Shown: positions 17,725 to 26,815 of the stretch, piece by piece
Numbering within the stretch: position 1 is the first letter of the stretch
Layout of the letters: the number at the start of each line of letters is the position of its first letter
Origin: a candidate division NPL-UPA2 bacterium Unc8
GTDB taxonomy: Bacteria > NPL-UPA2
Length of the DNA stretch: 64,000 bases
Assembly: GCA_003574845.1 (NCBI GenBank)
Contig: NDHY01000001.1
Coordinates: forward strand, 73,043 to 137,042
Direction: 5' to 3'
Program-made: the position numbers and the translations under genes
Notes under the pieces: generated by a model
Told to the model about the DNA's origin: nothing
The model's database searches: none
Seen by the model: the letters and a program-made list of their open reading frames with translations, nothing else

Positions 17725-18752
17725 GGAAGAGAAAAGCAATAGCCCTCCTCTCAGGTGGGCTGGACAGCACGCTGGCAGTCCGAATTGTTCAAGACCAGGG
17801 AATAGAGCTGGAAGCAGTGAACTTCCTGACTCCTTTCTGCACCTGCACTTCCCGCAACAGTTGCCAGCTTGCTTGTCGGCAAGCAGCAGAAACAATGAAC
17901 ATCCCTCTAAAAGTAATTAATGTCTTTTCAGAGTATTTAGACATTGTCAGACACCCAGAGCATGGCTATGGAAAAAATATGAATCCCTGTATTGACTGTC
18001 GCATTTTTATGTTCAGGAGAGCAAAGGACTATATGGAAGAGCGTGGAGCGTCTTTCCTCGTTACTGGAGAGGTGCTCGGGGAACGACCGATGTCCCAGCG
18101 CAGGGAGTCTATGGAAACAATTGACCGTGATACGGGGTTAGGAGGCCTTATCCTGCGGCCTCTCTCGGCACAGCTTTTGCCACCCACCATTCCTGAGAAA
18201 AATGGATGGATAGAGAGGGACAGGCTTCTTTCTATCAGCGGCCGTTCCCGTAAGCCACAGATGAAGTTAGCAGAAAAATTTGGCATTAATGATTATCCCT
18301 GTCCAGCGGGAGGGTGTCTTCTCACAGACGGCAATTTCGCCTCTCGCCTGAGAGATATCTTCAGGCATAGTACAGATATTTCGCTTAATGATATTAACCT
18401 GTTGAAATCAGGAAGGCACTTTCGTCTCTCTAATAGAGGGAAAATCGTTGTCGGAAGAAATGAGGAGGAAAATGAGCAGATTTTCTCTCTTGCCAGTGAA
18501 GGTGACCTTTGCTTTAAGATGATTGATTCTCTCGGTCCGCTTACTATTGCCAGGGGTGTGTTGGATGATGCGGATACCTTAATTGCTGCTTCTATCACGG
18601 CTCGCTATGGCAAGGAGAAAGAGAAGGAAAGGGTAAAGATTGCCTGCCTGAGAGTCAAGGAGTCGAGAGATAGAGAGTCAATAATCAAGAGCCAGAAGGT
18701 TTTGAGTGTTACTCCGCTCACGGATGAGGAAATAGAGCCTCTCCGGATTTAG
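17721..18752 (+). CDS. ThiI/MnmA-like PP-loop sulfurtransferase (DUF814-associated type)
   Basis: LSGGLDS, NPCIDCR, TGEVLGERPMSQ, PAGGCLLT, GRHFR. Confidence 0.8.
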   Translation: MRKRKAIALLSGGLDSTLAVRIVQDQGIELEAVNFLTPFCTCTSRNSCQLACRQAAETMNIPLKVINVFSEYLDIVRHPEHGYGKNMNPCIDCRIFMFRRAKDYMEERGASFLVTGEVLGERPMSQRRESMETIDRDTGLGGLILRPLSAQLLPPTIPEKNGWIERDRLLSISGRSRKPQMKLAEKFGINDYPCPAGGCLLTDGNFASRLRDIFRHSTDISLNDINLLKSGRHFRLSNRGKIVVGRNEEENEQIFSLASEGDLCFKMIDSLGPLTIARGVLDDADTLIAASITARYGKEKEKERVKIACLRVKESRDRESIIKSQKVLSVTPLTDEEIEPLRI

Positions 18753-18764
18753 AAGGAAGATTTT

Positions 18765-20207
18765 ATGGAACTCGCAGAACTCGCGGCACATGAGATACAT
18801 TGCCTTCTTAAAAAGAAGGAAGTAAGCGTAGTTGAGGTCGTTGATGCAGTCCTAACCCGCATAGATGAAGTAGATGACAATATCGGTGCGTTCATAACGG
18901 TCAACGGGGAGGGGGCGCAGCGAGAAGCATTGAGGATAGACCAGGAAATAAGTCGTGGCAGAGAAATTCTTCCATTGACAGGTATTCCTGTTGCCATTAA
19001 GGATTTAATCTGCATTAAGGGGATGAAGACAACCTGTGCTTCCCGAATATTGAATAATTTTTATTCTCCTTACGATGCGACGGTCATTGAGAAGCTGCGC
19101 GAAGCCGGGACAATATTTATCGGTAAAACGAATATGGATGAGTTTGCGATGGGCTCTTCCACTGAGAATTCTTGCTTTGGCATAACGCGCAATCCTCTGA
19201 ATCCTGATACCGTTCCGGGTGGCTCAAGCGGAGGCTCGGCGGCAGCAGTGGCTGCCGGAGAGGCGATTATAGCTCTTGGTTCTGATACCGGGGGTTCAAT
19301 TCGTCAGCCGGCAGCGTTCTGTGGTGTCGTAGGGTTGGTGCCAACTTATGGGCTTGTTTCGCGCTTCGGGCTGGTGGCTTTTGCTTCGTCATTAGACCAG
19401 ATTGGACCGATTACCCGCGATGTGAGAGATTGTGCTCTTCTTATGAATCTCATCTGTGGGTATGACCCCCGGGACAGCACCTCGGCAGCGACAAACATTC
19501 CTGATTATACTGACTCTCTCTTAAATGATGTGCGGGAAGTAAAAATTGGCATTCCGAAGCAATACTTTGGAGAAGAAGTGGATGAGGAAGTAGCTGAAGC
19601 CATGAGAGAGGCGATGGCACTTTTTAAGAGGCATGGAGCGAAGATAGAGAATGTCTCGCTTCCTAATACTGAATATGCTATCGCAACTTATTATCTTATT
19701 GCCACTGCTGAGGCAAGTTCCAATCTTGCTCGTTATGATGGAGTGGGCTACGGGCAAAGAGAAAAGAGCGATAATATATTGGAGATGTATGAGAAAACGA
19801 GGGAAGCGGGATTTGGAGATGAGGTAAAGCGCCGCATAATGTTAGGAACTTATGTCCTCTCTGCTGGATATTATGAGACCTATTACCTCAAAGCGCAACA
19901 GGCAAGGGCTCTTATCAGGGATGATTTCGAAAAAGCATTTCAAAAGTTTGACTGCCTGCTTGCTCCTGTCTCTCCCACAACGGCGTTCAAGGTAGGAGAA
20001 AAAACAGACGACCCCTTAAAGATGTATCTTTCCGACATATTTACGATTCCTGTAAATCTCGCCGGATTGCCGGCAATATCTATCCCCTGTGGGTTTAACA
20101 GCCTCGGGAGCGCAATTGGTCTTCAACTTATCGCTAAGCCATTCAATGAAGAAATGCTGTTGCGCGTTGCTTACACCTTTGAGGAGAATACCAAAATGAG
20201 TAGGTAG
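18765..20207 (+). CDS. gatA: Glu/Asp-tRNA amidotransferase subunit A
   Basis: GKTNMDEFAMGSS, PGGSSGGS, GSDTGGSIRQPA, SSNLARYDG. Confidence 0.97.
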   Translation: MELAELAAHEIHCLLKKKEVSVVEVVDAVLTRIDEVDDNIGAFITVNGEGAQREALRIDQEISRGREILPLTGIPVAIKDLICIKGMKTTCASRILNNFYSPYDATVIEKLREAGTIFIGKTNMDEFAMGSSTENSCFGITRNPLNPDTVPGGSSGGSAAAVAAGEAIIALGSDTGGSIRQPAAFCGVVGLVPTYGLVSRFGLVAFASSLDQIGPITRDVRDCALLMNLICGYDPRDSTSAATNIPDYTDSLLNDVREVKIGIPKQYFGEEVDEEVAEAMREAMALFKRHGAKIENVSLPNTEYAIATYYLIATAEASSNLARYDGVGYGQREKSDNILEMYEKTREAGFGDEVKRRIMLGTYVLSAGYYETYYLKAQQARALIRDDFEKAFQKFDCLLAPVSPTTAFKVGEKTDDPLKMYLSDIFTIPVNLAGLPAISIPCGFNSLGSAIGLQLIAKPFNEEMLLRVAYTFEENTKMSR

Positions 20208-20250
20208 TGAGTAGAGGGTAGTGGGTGGGTCTAAGAGGTTAGGTAGGTGA
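20199..20250. repeat. Degenerate purine-rich heptamer tract C
   Basis: AGTAGGT/AGTGAGT/AGTGGGT-type units between gatA and gatB. Confidence 0.55.
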
Positions 20251-20263
20251 CAGGAGAAATGTT

Positions 20264-21712
20264 TTGTATCAGACGGTAATTGGATTGGAAGTTCATGCTG
20301 AATTATCCTTGGATACCAAGATTTTTTGCGGGTGCAGCACTAAATTTGGTCAGGAGCCAAACTCTCAGACTTGCCCAATTTGTCTTGGCTTGCCCGGAGC
20401 ACTGCCTGTTCTTAACGAAGAAGCCGTGAAATATATAATCAAAATAGGACTTGCTTTAGGCTGCAGAATTTTGCCCGAGGCGCGGTTTGACCGCAAGAAT
20501 TATTATTACCCTGACCTTCCTAAAAATTATCAGATATCGCAAAACTATCTCCCCTTTGCTGTGGATGGCTACCTTGAGCTACCTCCGAGCCAGAAGAAGG
20601 GGACCCCCATAAAGGTTGGCATTGACAACGTTCACCTGGAAGAGGATACAGGAAAAAATATTCATAGTGAAAGTGGAGGGAGGGAGGGCTATAGCCTTGT
20701 TGATTTCAATCGGGCGGGGATACCGCTTGTGGAAATTGTTACCCGCCCCGACATGCATAGCTTGGAGGATACAGAAAGTTTTATGGTATCCTTGAGAAAT
20801 ATTTTGCTTTATTTAGGGGTTTCCAATTGCAAGATGGAAGAAGGAGCATTGAGATTTGAAGCCAGCGTGTCTATTCGTCCTGATGAAGCCTCATCGCTTA
20901 ATGCAAGAGTTGAAATAAAAAACCTTAATTCTTTCAAGTCTGTATTGCGCTCTCTCCAGTATGAGATAGAAAGGCAGAGAAGATTACTTAGTGGTGGCGA
21001 GATAGTCAGTGGAGAAACCCGACTCTGGGATGAGAAAGAGGGTAAAACTCTAACAATGCGCGTCAAAGAGAGCTCACCGGACTACCGCTACTTCCCTGAA
21101 CCTGATTTACCACCGGTTGTCATTAAGCCCCAATGGATAAAGACGATAAGAGCGGCTATGCCCGAGCTTCCCGCTGAGCGTTTAAGGAGATTCGTTAAGA
21201 AATATCACCTCCCCCCATATGATGCAATTATTCTTACTTCAAGCAAGTCACTGGCTGACTTCTATGAAGAAGTGGTAGAGGGCTTTCCTGATGGGAAGCA
21301 TGTATCCAACTGGATAATGGGAGAGGTTTTGGAGAAATTGAAAGAGAGGAAAATAGGGATTGAGGAGTCATCTCTTACTCCTGCATCCTTATCAGAGCTT
21401 CTTAATCTTATAAAATGCGGCACAATCAGCGGGAAAATGGCAAGAGAGGTATTTGCCGAGATGTTTGCTACCGGGAAGGGAGCCGGGGAAATAGTAAAAG
21501 AAAGAGGACTGGCGCAAATCAGTGACACAAGGAAGATAAAGGAGACGATTGATTTGATATTGAAAAAGAATCCCGCTGCCATCTCTGACTTTCAGACAGG
21601 AAAGAAAAAAGTCATTGCCTATCTCACCGGACAAGTAATGAAAGAAACCAAAGGAGCGGCAAATCCACAACTGGTAAATGAGTTATTGCAGGAAGCCCTC
21701 CAACAACAATAG
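20264..21712 (+). CDS. gatB: Glu/Asp-tRNA amidotransferase subunit B
   Basis: IGLEVH, RKNYYYPDLPK, DFNRAG.PL.EIV, DYRYFPEPDL. Confidence 0.97.
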   Translation: MYQTVIGLEVHAELSLDTKIFCGCSTKFGQEPNSQTCPICLGLPGALPVLNEEAVKYIIKIGLALGCRILPEARFDRKNYYYPDLPKNYQISQNYLPFAVDGYLELPPSQKKGTPIKVGIDNVHLEEDTGKNIHSESGGREGYSLVDFNRAGIPLVEIVTRPDMHSLEDTESFMVSLRNILLYLGVSNCKMEEGALRFEASVSIRPDEASSLNARVEIKNLNSFKSVLRSLQYEIERQRRLLSGGEIVSGETRLWDEKEGKTLTMRVKESSPDYRYFPEPDLPPVVIKPQWIKTIRAAMPELPAERLRRFVKKYHLPPYDAIILTSSKSLADFYEEVVEGFPDGKHVSNWIMGEVLEKLKERKIGIEESSLTPASLSELLNLIKCGTISGKMAREVFAEMFATGKGAGEIVKERGLAQISDTRKIKETIDLILKKNPAAISDFQTGKKKVIAYLTGQVMKETKGAANPQLVNELLQEALQQQ

Positions 21713-21795
21713 AGCGGATAGCTTGACATTATTATCAATTTACCCTATTTTTATCTATTATCTACATCATAATCATAGAGAAGCTGGGAAATTAT

Positions 21796-22611
21796 ATGGA
21801 TAATTACTATTGGGAGAGAAGTTACTCTCAAACTGGAAGCCCGCTCACCAGAGCAGTAAAGATGCTGCTTATTGCCAATGGGGTAGTCTTCTTATTTCAA
21901 ATTCTGCTTCGCGGTCAACTGATTGCAATTTTTGGGCTGGTTCCCGCATCTTTATTTGCAGGGGAGAGACTCTGGCAGCCATTTACCTATATGTTCCTTC
22001 ACGGAGGAATGTGGCATATTTTAATCAATATGTTTATTCTCTGGATGTTTGGACGGGATCTGGAACGGGAATTTGGAGAGAAGTTTTTTCTGCGATACTA
22101 CTTCGTTACCGGGGTAGGAGCAGGCTTAATTTATTCGGTGTTTTTCATCCGCTCTGAGATTCCAGTGATTGGCGCCTCAGGAGCAATATTCGGACTCCTG
22201 ATTGCCTTTGCTCTCATATTTCCGGAACGACCAATCACTCTACTTATCTTCTTCGTCCTGCCATTAACGCTAAAGGCAAAGCATCTGGTAATACTTTTAG
22301 GCATAATAACGCTTCTTGCCCTGCCAACCAGAGATGGAATTGCCCATCTTGCTCATCTGGGTGGGATGGTTGTGGGATTTCTCTACCTTAAAGCACGAAA
22401 AATGAGTTATCATCAGGAGTTTCCCTGGTCACGCGCCTTCCGAGTCAGGCATAGTCAGGAGACAATCAGGCGTCAGGGAAAAAAAACAGACGAGCTAAAC
22501 GCCGAAATAGACTCAATACTGGATAAAATCTCCAGAGAAGGGATGAGTAGTCTCACATGGAGAGAGAGAAGAATACTTCAAAAAAGCAAGAGGAGCCAAA
22601 ATGATTATTGA
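21796..22611 (+). CDS. Rhomboid intramembrane serine protease
   Basis: WQPFTYMFLH, HILINM, GASG, AHLGG; C-terminal D.ILDKIS..G...L domain. Confidence 0.93.
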   Translation: MDNYYWERSYSQTGSPLTRAVKMLLIANGVVFLFQILLRGQLIAIFGLVPASLFAGERLWQPFTYMFLHGGMWHILINMFILWMFGRDLEREFGEKFFLRYYFVTGVGAGLIYSVFFIRSEIPVIGASGAIFGLLIAFALIFPERPITLLIFFVLPLTLKAKHLVILLGIITLLALPTRDGIAHLAHLGGMVVGFLYLKARKMSYHQEFPWSRAFRVRHSQETIRRQGKKTDELNAEIDSILDKISREGMSSLTWRERRILQKSKRSQNDY

Positions 22612-23185
22612 ATCGCTCACCGTCGGATTCTTTGAAACAAACTGCTACATATTAGGGAAGAGGGAAACAGGAGATGCAGCTATCATTGACCCTGGAGACG
22701 AAGAAGCAAGAATACTAAAGAGAATAGAAGAGCAGGGGCTAAACCCTTTATGCATCATTAATACCCATGGCCATGTTGATCACATTGGCGCCACCCGAAG
22801 CCTCGCGGAAAGACTGAAAAATATCAAAGTATACATTCATGAAGCCGACGCTCAAATGCTCATCGGTCTGGAGACTGACGCGCTCTTCTTTCTTAAAGAT
22901 GGAGACAGCATAGCCGCTGGAGGCCTCCGCTTTAAGATAATTCATACCCCCGGGCATACCCCTGGAGGAATTTCATTGCTCATCAATGGACATCTTTTCT
23001 CCGGCGATTCACTCTTTTGTGGCTCAATTGGCCGCACTGACCTCCCGGGAGGGTCAACGAAGCAATTGCTCCGCGGCCTGAAAGAAAAAATTCTCACCCT
23101 CCCCGGTAAAACAATCGTTCATCCAGGGCATGGGCCAGCATCAACTATTGAAGATGAAAAATTAAGCAACCCTTTTCTTTCCTGA
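22601..23185 (+). CDS. MBL-fold metallo-hydrolase (glyoxalase II-like)
   Basis: [23 protein letters not shown]. Confidence 0.92.
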   Translation: MIIESLTVGFFETNCYILGKRETGDAAIIDPGDEEARILKRIEEQGLNPLCIINTHGHVDHIGATRSLAERLKNIKVYIHEADAQMLIGLETDALFFLKDGDSIAAGGLRFKIIHTPGHTPGGISLLINGHLFSGDSLFCGSIGRTDLPGGSTKQLLRGLKEKILTLPGKTIVHPGHGPASTIEDEKLSNPFLS

Positions 23186-23196
23186 TTGAGGGTTAT

Positions 23197-24471
23197 ATGG
23201 CAGAGATTATTAAAGTTTGGGCGAGAGAGATTCTTGACTCACGCGGAAATCCAACGATTGAGGCAGAAGTAACCCTTGCCGGAGGAGCAGTTGGGCGAGC
23301 CTCAGTTCCTTCAGGGGCATCTACCGGAATATATGAAGCAGTGGAGTTAAGAGATGAAGATAGCCCCCGCTACCGTGGCAAAGGAGTCAAGCAAGCAGTA
23401 AAAAATGTCAATGAAATTATTTTCCCGGAGATTAAAGGAAAGGACGCTTCAGAGCAGAAGAAAATAGATTACCTGATGATTGCCCTTGATGACACAGATA
23501 ACAAGTCCAACTTAGGAGCAAATGCAATATTGGCCGTTTCTCTTGCTGTTGCCAAAGCAGAGGCTGCATTTGAATGCAAACCTCTCTATCGCTATCTAAA
23601 CCAGGGGGAGGTAATGAAACTTCCCCTGCCGCTTTTAAACATCGTTAATGGCGGAATGCATGCTGACAACAATGTTGACTTTCAGGAATTTATGATTGTC
23701 CCTGTTGGGGCGCCAACCTTCAAAGAAGCATTGCGGATGGGAGCAGAGATATTTCACAGTGTCGGCGCATGCCTTAGGAAGAAGGAATACTCAACTGCCG
23801 TAGGAGATGAAGGAGGATTTGCTCCTAATCTCAGCTCGAACATTGAGGCTATTTCAATAATTTTAGAAGCAACGGAGATGGCTAACTACCGACCGGGACA
23901 GGATATATTCATTGCCCTTGACCCGGCGGCAAGCTCTTTTTATCAATCAGGGAAATATATTTTAGGAAAAGAAGAGAAAATTTCAGGGGAGATGATCAGC
24001 TTCTATGCTGAACTGATATCTCAGTATCCAGTCATCTCTATTGAAGATGGACTGGCAGAAGACGACTGGGATGGCTGGAAGGAGATGACCCGACAATTAG
24101 GAGATTCTATTCAAATTGTCGGAGATGACCTCTTTGTTACCAACGGCAGGCGGCTTCGGCAAGGAATAGAGAAAAAAGTAGCTAATTCTATTCTAATTAA
24201 GGTAAATCAAATTGGAACTCTCACTGAAACGTTTGAGACAATGAAGATAGCGCGGGAGGCAGGCTACAGTGCCATCATATCGCACCGCTCAGGGGAAACA
24301 GAAGATACTACTATATCGGATATTGCTGTGGCAACAGGCTGTGGTCAGATAAAGTCCGGCTCCCTCTGTCGCACAGACCGGGTAGCAAAGTATAATCAGC
24401 TCTTAAGGATAGAAGAGGAATTAGGAGAGGAGGCGATTTTCAACGGGAAGGAAATTCTCCAGAGATTATGA
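23197..24471 (+). CDS. eno: Enolase
   Basis: [30 protein letters not shown]. Confidence 0.98.
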   Translation: MAEIIKVWAREILDSRGNPTIEAEVTLAGGAVGRASVPSGASTGIYEAVELRDEDSPRYRGKGVKQAVKNVNEIIFPEIKGKDASEQKKIDYLMIALDDTDNKSNLGANAILAVSLAVAKAEAAFECKPLYRYLNQGEVMKLPLPLLNIVNGGMHADNNVDFQEFMIVPVGAPTFKEALRMGAEIFHSVGACLRKKEYSTAVGDEGGFAPNLSSNIEAISIILEATEMANYRPGQDIFIALDPAASSFYQSGKYILGKEEKISGEMISFYAELISQYPVISIEDGLAEDDWDGWKEMTRQLGDSIQIVGDDLFVTNGRRLRQGIEKKVANSILIKVNQIGTLTETFETMKIAREAGYSAIISHRSGETEDTTISDIAVATGCGQIKSGSLCRTDRVAKYNQLLRIEEELGEEAIFNGKEILQRL

Positions 24472-24726
24472 GAAAGTATATCATTATAGCAAGTATTATT
24501 ATCATTTGCGGAGCACTCCTATCCTACCAGCCTTATTCGGAGGTGAGAAGATTCAGAAAGAAGATAACAGAATTGGAGAAAGAAATTGCTATGCTAAGGG
24601 AGACAAACGAGAGTCTTCGCTCCGAGATAAAAGCATTAAAAGAGGACCCATTTTATATTGAAAAGATAGCCAGAGACCACCTGGGCTTGACTAAACCAGG
24701 TGAGATCATATATCATATCAGAAGAT

Positions 24727-24728
<2 letters not shown>
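24468..24728 (+). CDS. ftsB: Septum formation initiator FtsB/DivIC
   Basis: TM segment, coiled coil, IEKIAR..LGL.KPGE; downstream of eno. Confidence 0.85.
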
Positions 24729-24800
<72 letters not shown>

Positions 24801-24831
24801 TTATTTTACCCGAACGAAGTAAGGGTTGTAT

Positions 24832-24905
24832 GGGGCTGTGGTCGAGCGGTTTAAGATTCCTGACTGTCGATCAGGAGGTCGCGGGTTCAAATCCCGTCAG
24901 CCCCG
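24832..24905 (+). tRNA. tRNA-Asp(GTC)
   Basis: GGGGCTG/CAGCCCC acceptor stem, CCTGA-CTGTCGA-TCAGG anticodon arm, G discriminator. Confidence 0.93.
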
Positions 24906-25840
24906 CTCGTTACTTTTCCACGCAGTTCACTTTCATCAACTAACCTTTTCACATACAGCTGCTCGCGCTTGATTAGCTCAATTCTCTTCAGCTTTTTGAA
25001 CATCTTTTTGAGTGGCACATAATTTGCGTCAAACATAACGGTTATTGTCGGCCTTAATGGGAAGTTTTTATCAATACCTACTACTCTGCCGATCTCTCCG
25101 GTATTGAGTTGAACCCAGCTCCCAACAGGATAGAGGTCAAGGCACCTTACCAGCGCCTTTATGATGTCCTGTTCAAATAAGCTTTCACCCCTTTCTATGA
25201 TTTCCTTCATTGCCTGCGAGTGCGGAACTTTCTCGCGATATAGCCTGGGATGCGTCATCGCTTCATACGCATCCACCAGCCCTACTATTCTGGCGTATTC
25301 ATTTATATCGCCATTTTTAATACCCCTTGGGTAACCGCTCCCATTCATTCTCTCATGCTGCTGATGCGCTATGTGAATGACAACTAGCTCAATTTGATAG
25401 CTTTTATCTAAAATCTCAGCTCCATAGACTGGATGCTTCTTAACCTCTTCGTATTCCTCTTTAGTTAAGTTCTCTCTTTTTTCAATAAGCGGCAGAACTC
25501 TTGCCATTCCAATATCATGAAGAAAAGCACCCACTCCCAACCTGACCAGCCCGGATTTATTATATCCCAATTCCAGACCTACTCTAACCGAAAGAATAGC
25601 CACATTTGTCAGATGACACCAGAGATAATTCTTTGGTGAAAATCTATTGGTGAGGTTAATTAACTCCCTGTCTTCTATCATCAGTCTATCCACCATTCTC
25701 CCTATCAACTCTGATATTTTCCTGCCATCAATCGGCTTCCGGAGCATTCCCTGATTCAATATCTCTTTTGCCAGTTTTACTGCCTCTTCATACAACCGCT
25801 GTGTCTTTTCTTTAAAAGATTCTAAGATGATTGCAGTCAT
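24887..25840 (-). CDS. HD-GYP domain protein (putative c-di-GMP phosphodiesterase)
   Basis: LHDIG, HPVYG, HERMNGSGYPRG, YPVGS.V.LNTGE. Confidence 0.88.
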   Translation of the reverse strand: MTAIILESFKEKTQRLYEEAVKLAKEILNQGMLRKPIDGRKISELIGRMVDRLMIEDRELINLTNRFSPKNYLWCHLTNVAILSVRVGLELGYNKSGLVRLGVGAFLHDIGMARVLPLIEKRENLTKEEYEEVKKHPVYGAEILDKSYQIELVVIHIAHQQHERMNGSGYPRGIKNGDINEYARIVGLVDAYEAMTHPRLYREKVPHSQAMKEIIERGESLFEQDIIKALVRCLDLYPVGSWVQLNTGEIGRVVGIDKNFPLRPTITVMFDANYVPLKKMFKKLKRIELIKREQLYVKRLVDESELRGKVTSGADGI

Positions 25841-25845
25841 TACAC

Positions 25846-26679
25846 TTACTCCTGAGCGCCACTCAACTTGCTCCCTTTGAGCTCTTCTATCATTTCCTTT
25901 GCTATTTCTTCATTTATTTGAGTAACCTTCCTTCCAGCCCCGAGAAGCAAACTTATGTCGCAAATATTGTTTATTTCTCTTGGAATACCGCCAGAGCCGG
26001 TATAAATTAGATTGCAGGCTACATCTGTAAATAGTTCTCTCCCTGCTCCTGCTACTTTACACCGATGATGGATATAGCCTTTGGTTTCTTCTTGATTGAG
26101 AGCGCTCAGATGATATTTTATAGAGAGCCTCTGCTCAAATTGCCTGAGCCTCTTCATCTTTTCCCCAAGCTCAGGCTGCCCAGCTAAAAGCAGGGTCAAA
26201 AGAAAGCCTTCACCCATCTGAAGATTCAGCAGCAATCTCAACTCTTCAAACACTTCTTCCTTCCCTATCGCCTGCGCTTCATCAATGATGACTACAACAT
26301 GCCTGTCTTCTTCTATGTTTTTATGCAATACATCATTCAGGCTGCGGAGAAGCTCGGCTTTTTTCATTTCCACAGGGATAGAACGACCCAACTGATAAAT
26401 AATCTCACCTAATAGCTCCAGTTGCGGGATAGCGGGATTAATTATTAATACCGTCCTGTAGTTATCTACTTGCTTCTCCAGCCTATTCATAATTTCTTTA
26501 ACCAGGACGGTTTTCCCGCTGCCATATTCACCGGTGAGCATAGCCGCTCCTTTTTTCTCTTCAACTGCGTAAAGCATCCTCATCAGAGCCTCATCGTGCT
26601 TCTTGGAGTGATAGAGAAAATGAGAATCCGCTACATTCTCAAACGGCTTTTCCTTTAGCTTCCAATATCCTTCATACAT
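25846..26679 (-). CDS. ExeA/GspA-like AAA ATPase
   Basis: MYEGYWKLKEKPF, GEYGSGKT, IIDEAQ, LAGQPEL, GIPREIN. Confidence 0.9.
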   Translation of the reverse strand: MYEGYWKLKEKPFENVADSHFLYHSKKHDEALMRMLYAVEEKKGAAMLTGEYGSGKTVLVKEIMNRLEKQVDNYRTVLIINPAIPQLELLGEIIYQLGRSIPVEMKKAELLRSLNDVLHKNIEEDRHVVVIIDEAQAIGKEEVFEELRLLLNLQMGEGFLLTLLLAGQPELGEKMKRLRQFEQRLSIKYHLSALNQEETKGYIHHRCKVAGAGRELFTDVACNLIYTGSGGIPREINNICDISLLLGAGRKVTQINEEIAKEMIEELKGSKLSGAQE

Positions 26680-26815
26680 GTTTCTGCTTATATCATTTTG
26701 TTACAACAAAGTGCAAGTTAAAAGTTAAAAGTTTGTGCTTTTTTTACTTGACGGGTCAGGAAAATGATGCTAAAAGTTTTACTCAAACCTGAGTCTAAAA
26801 ATTAGAGTTTCTGCC

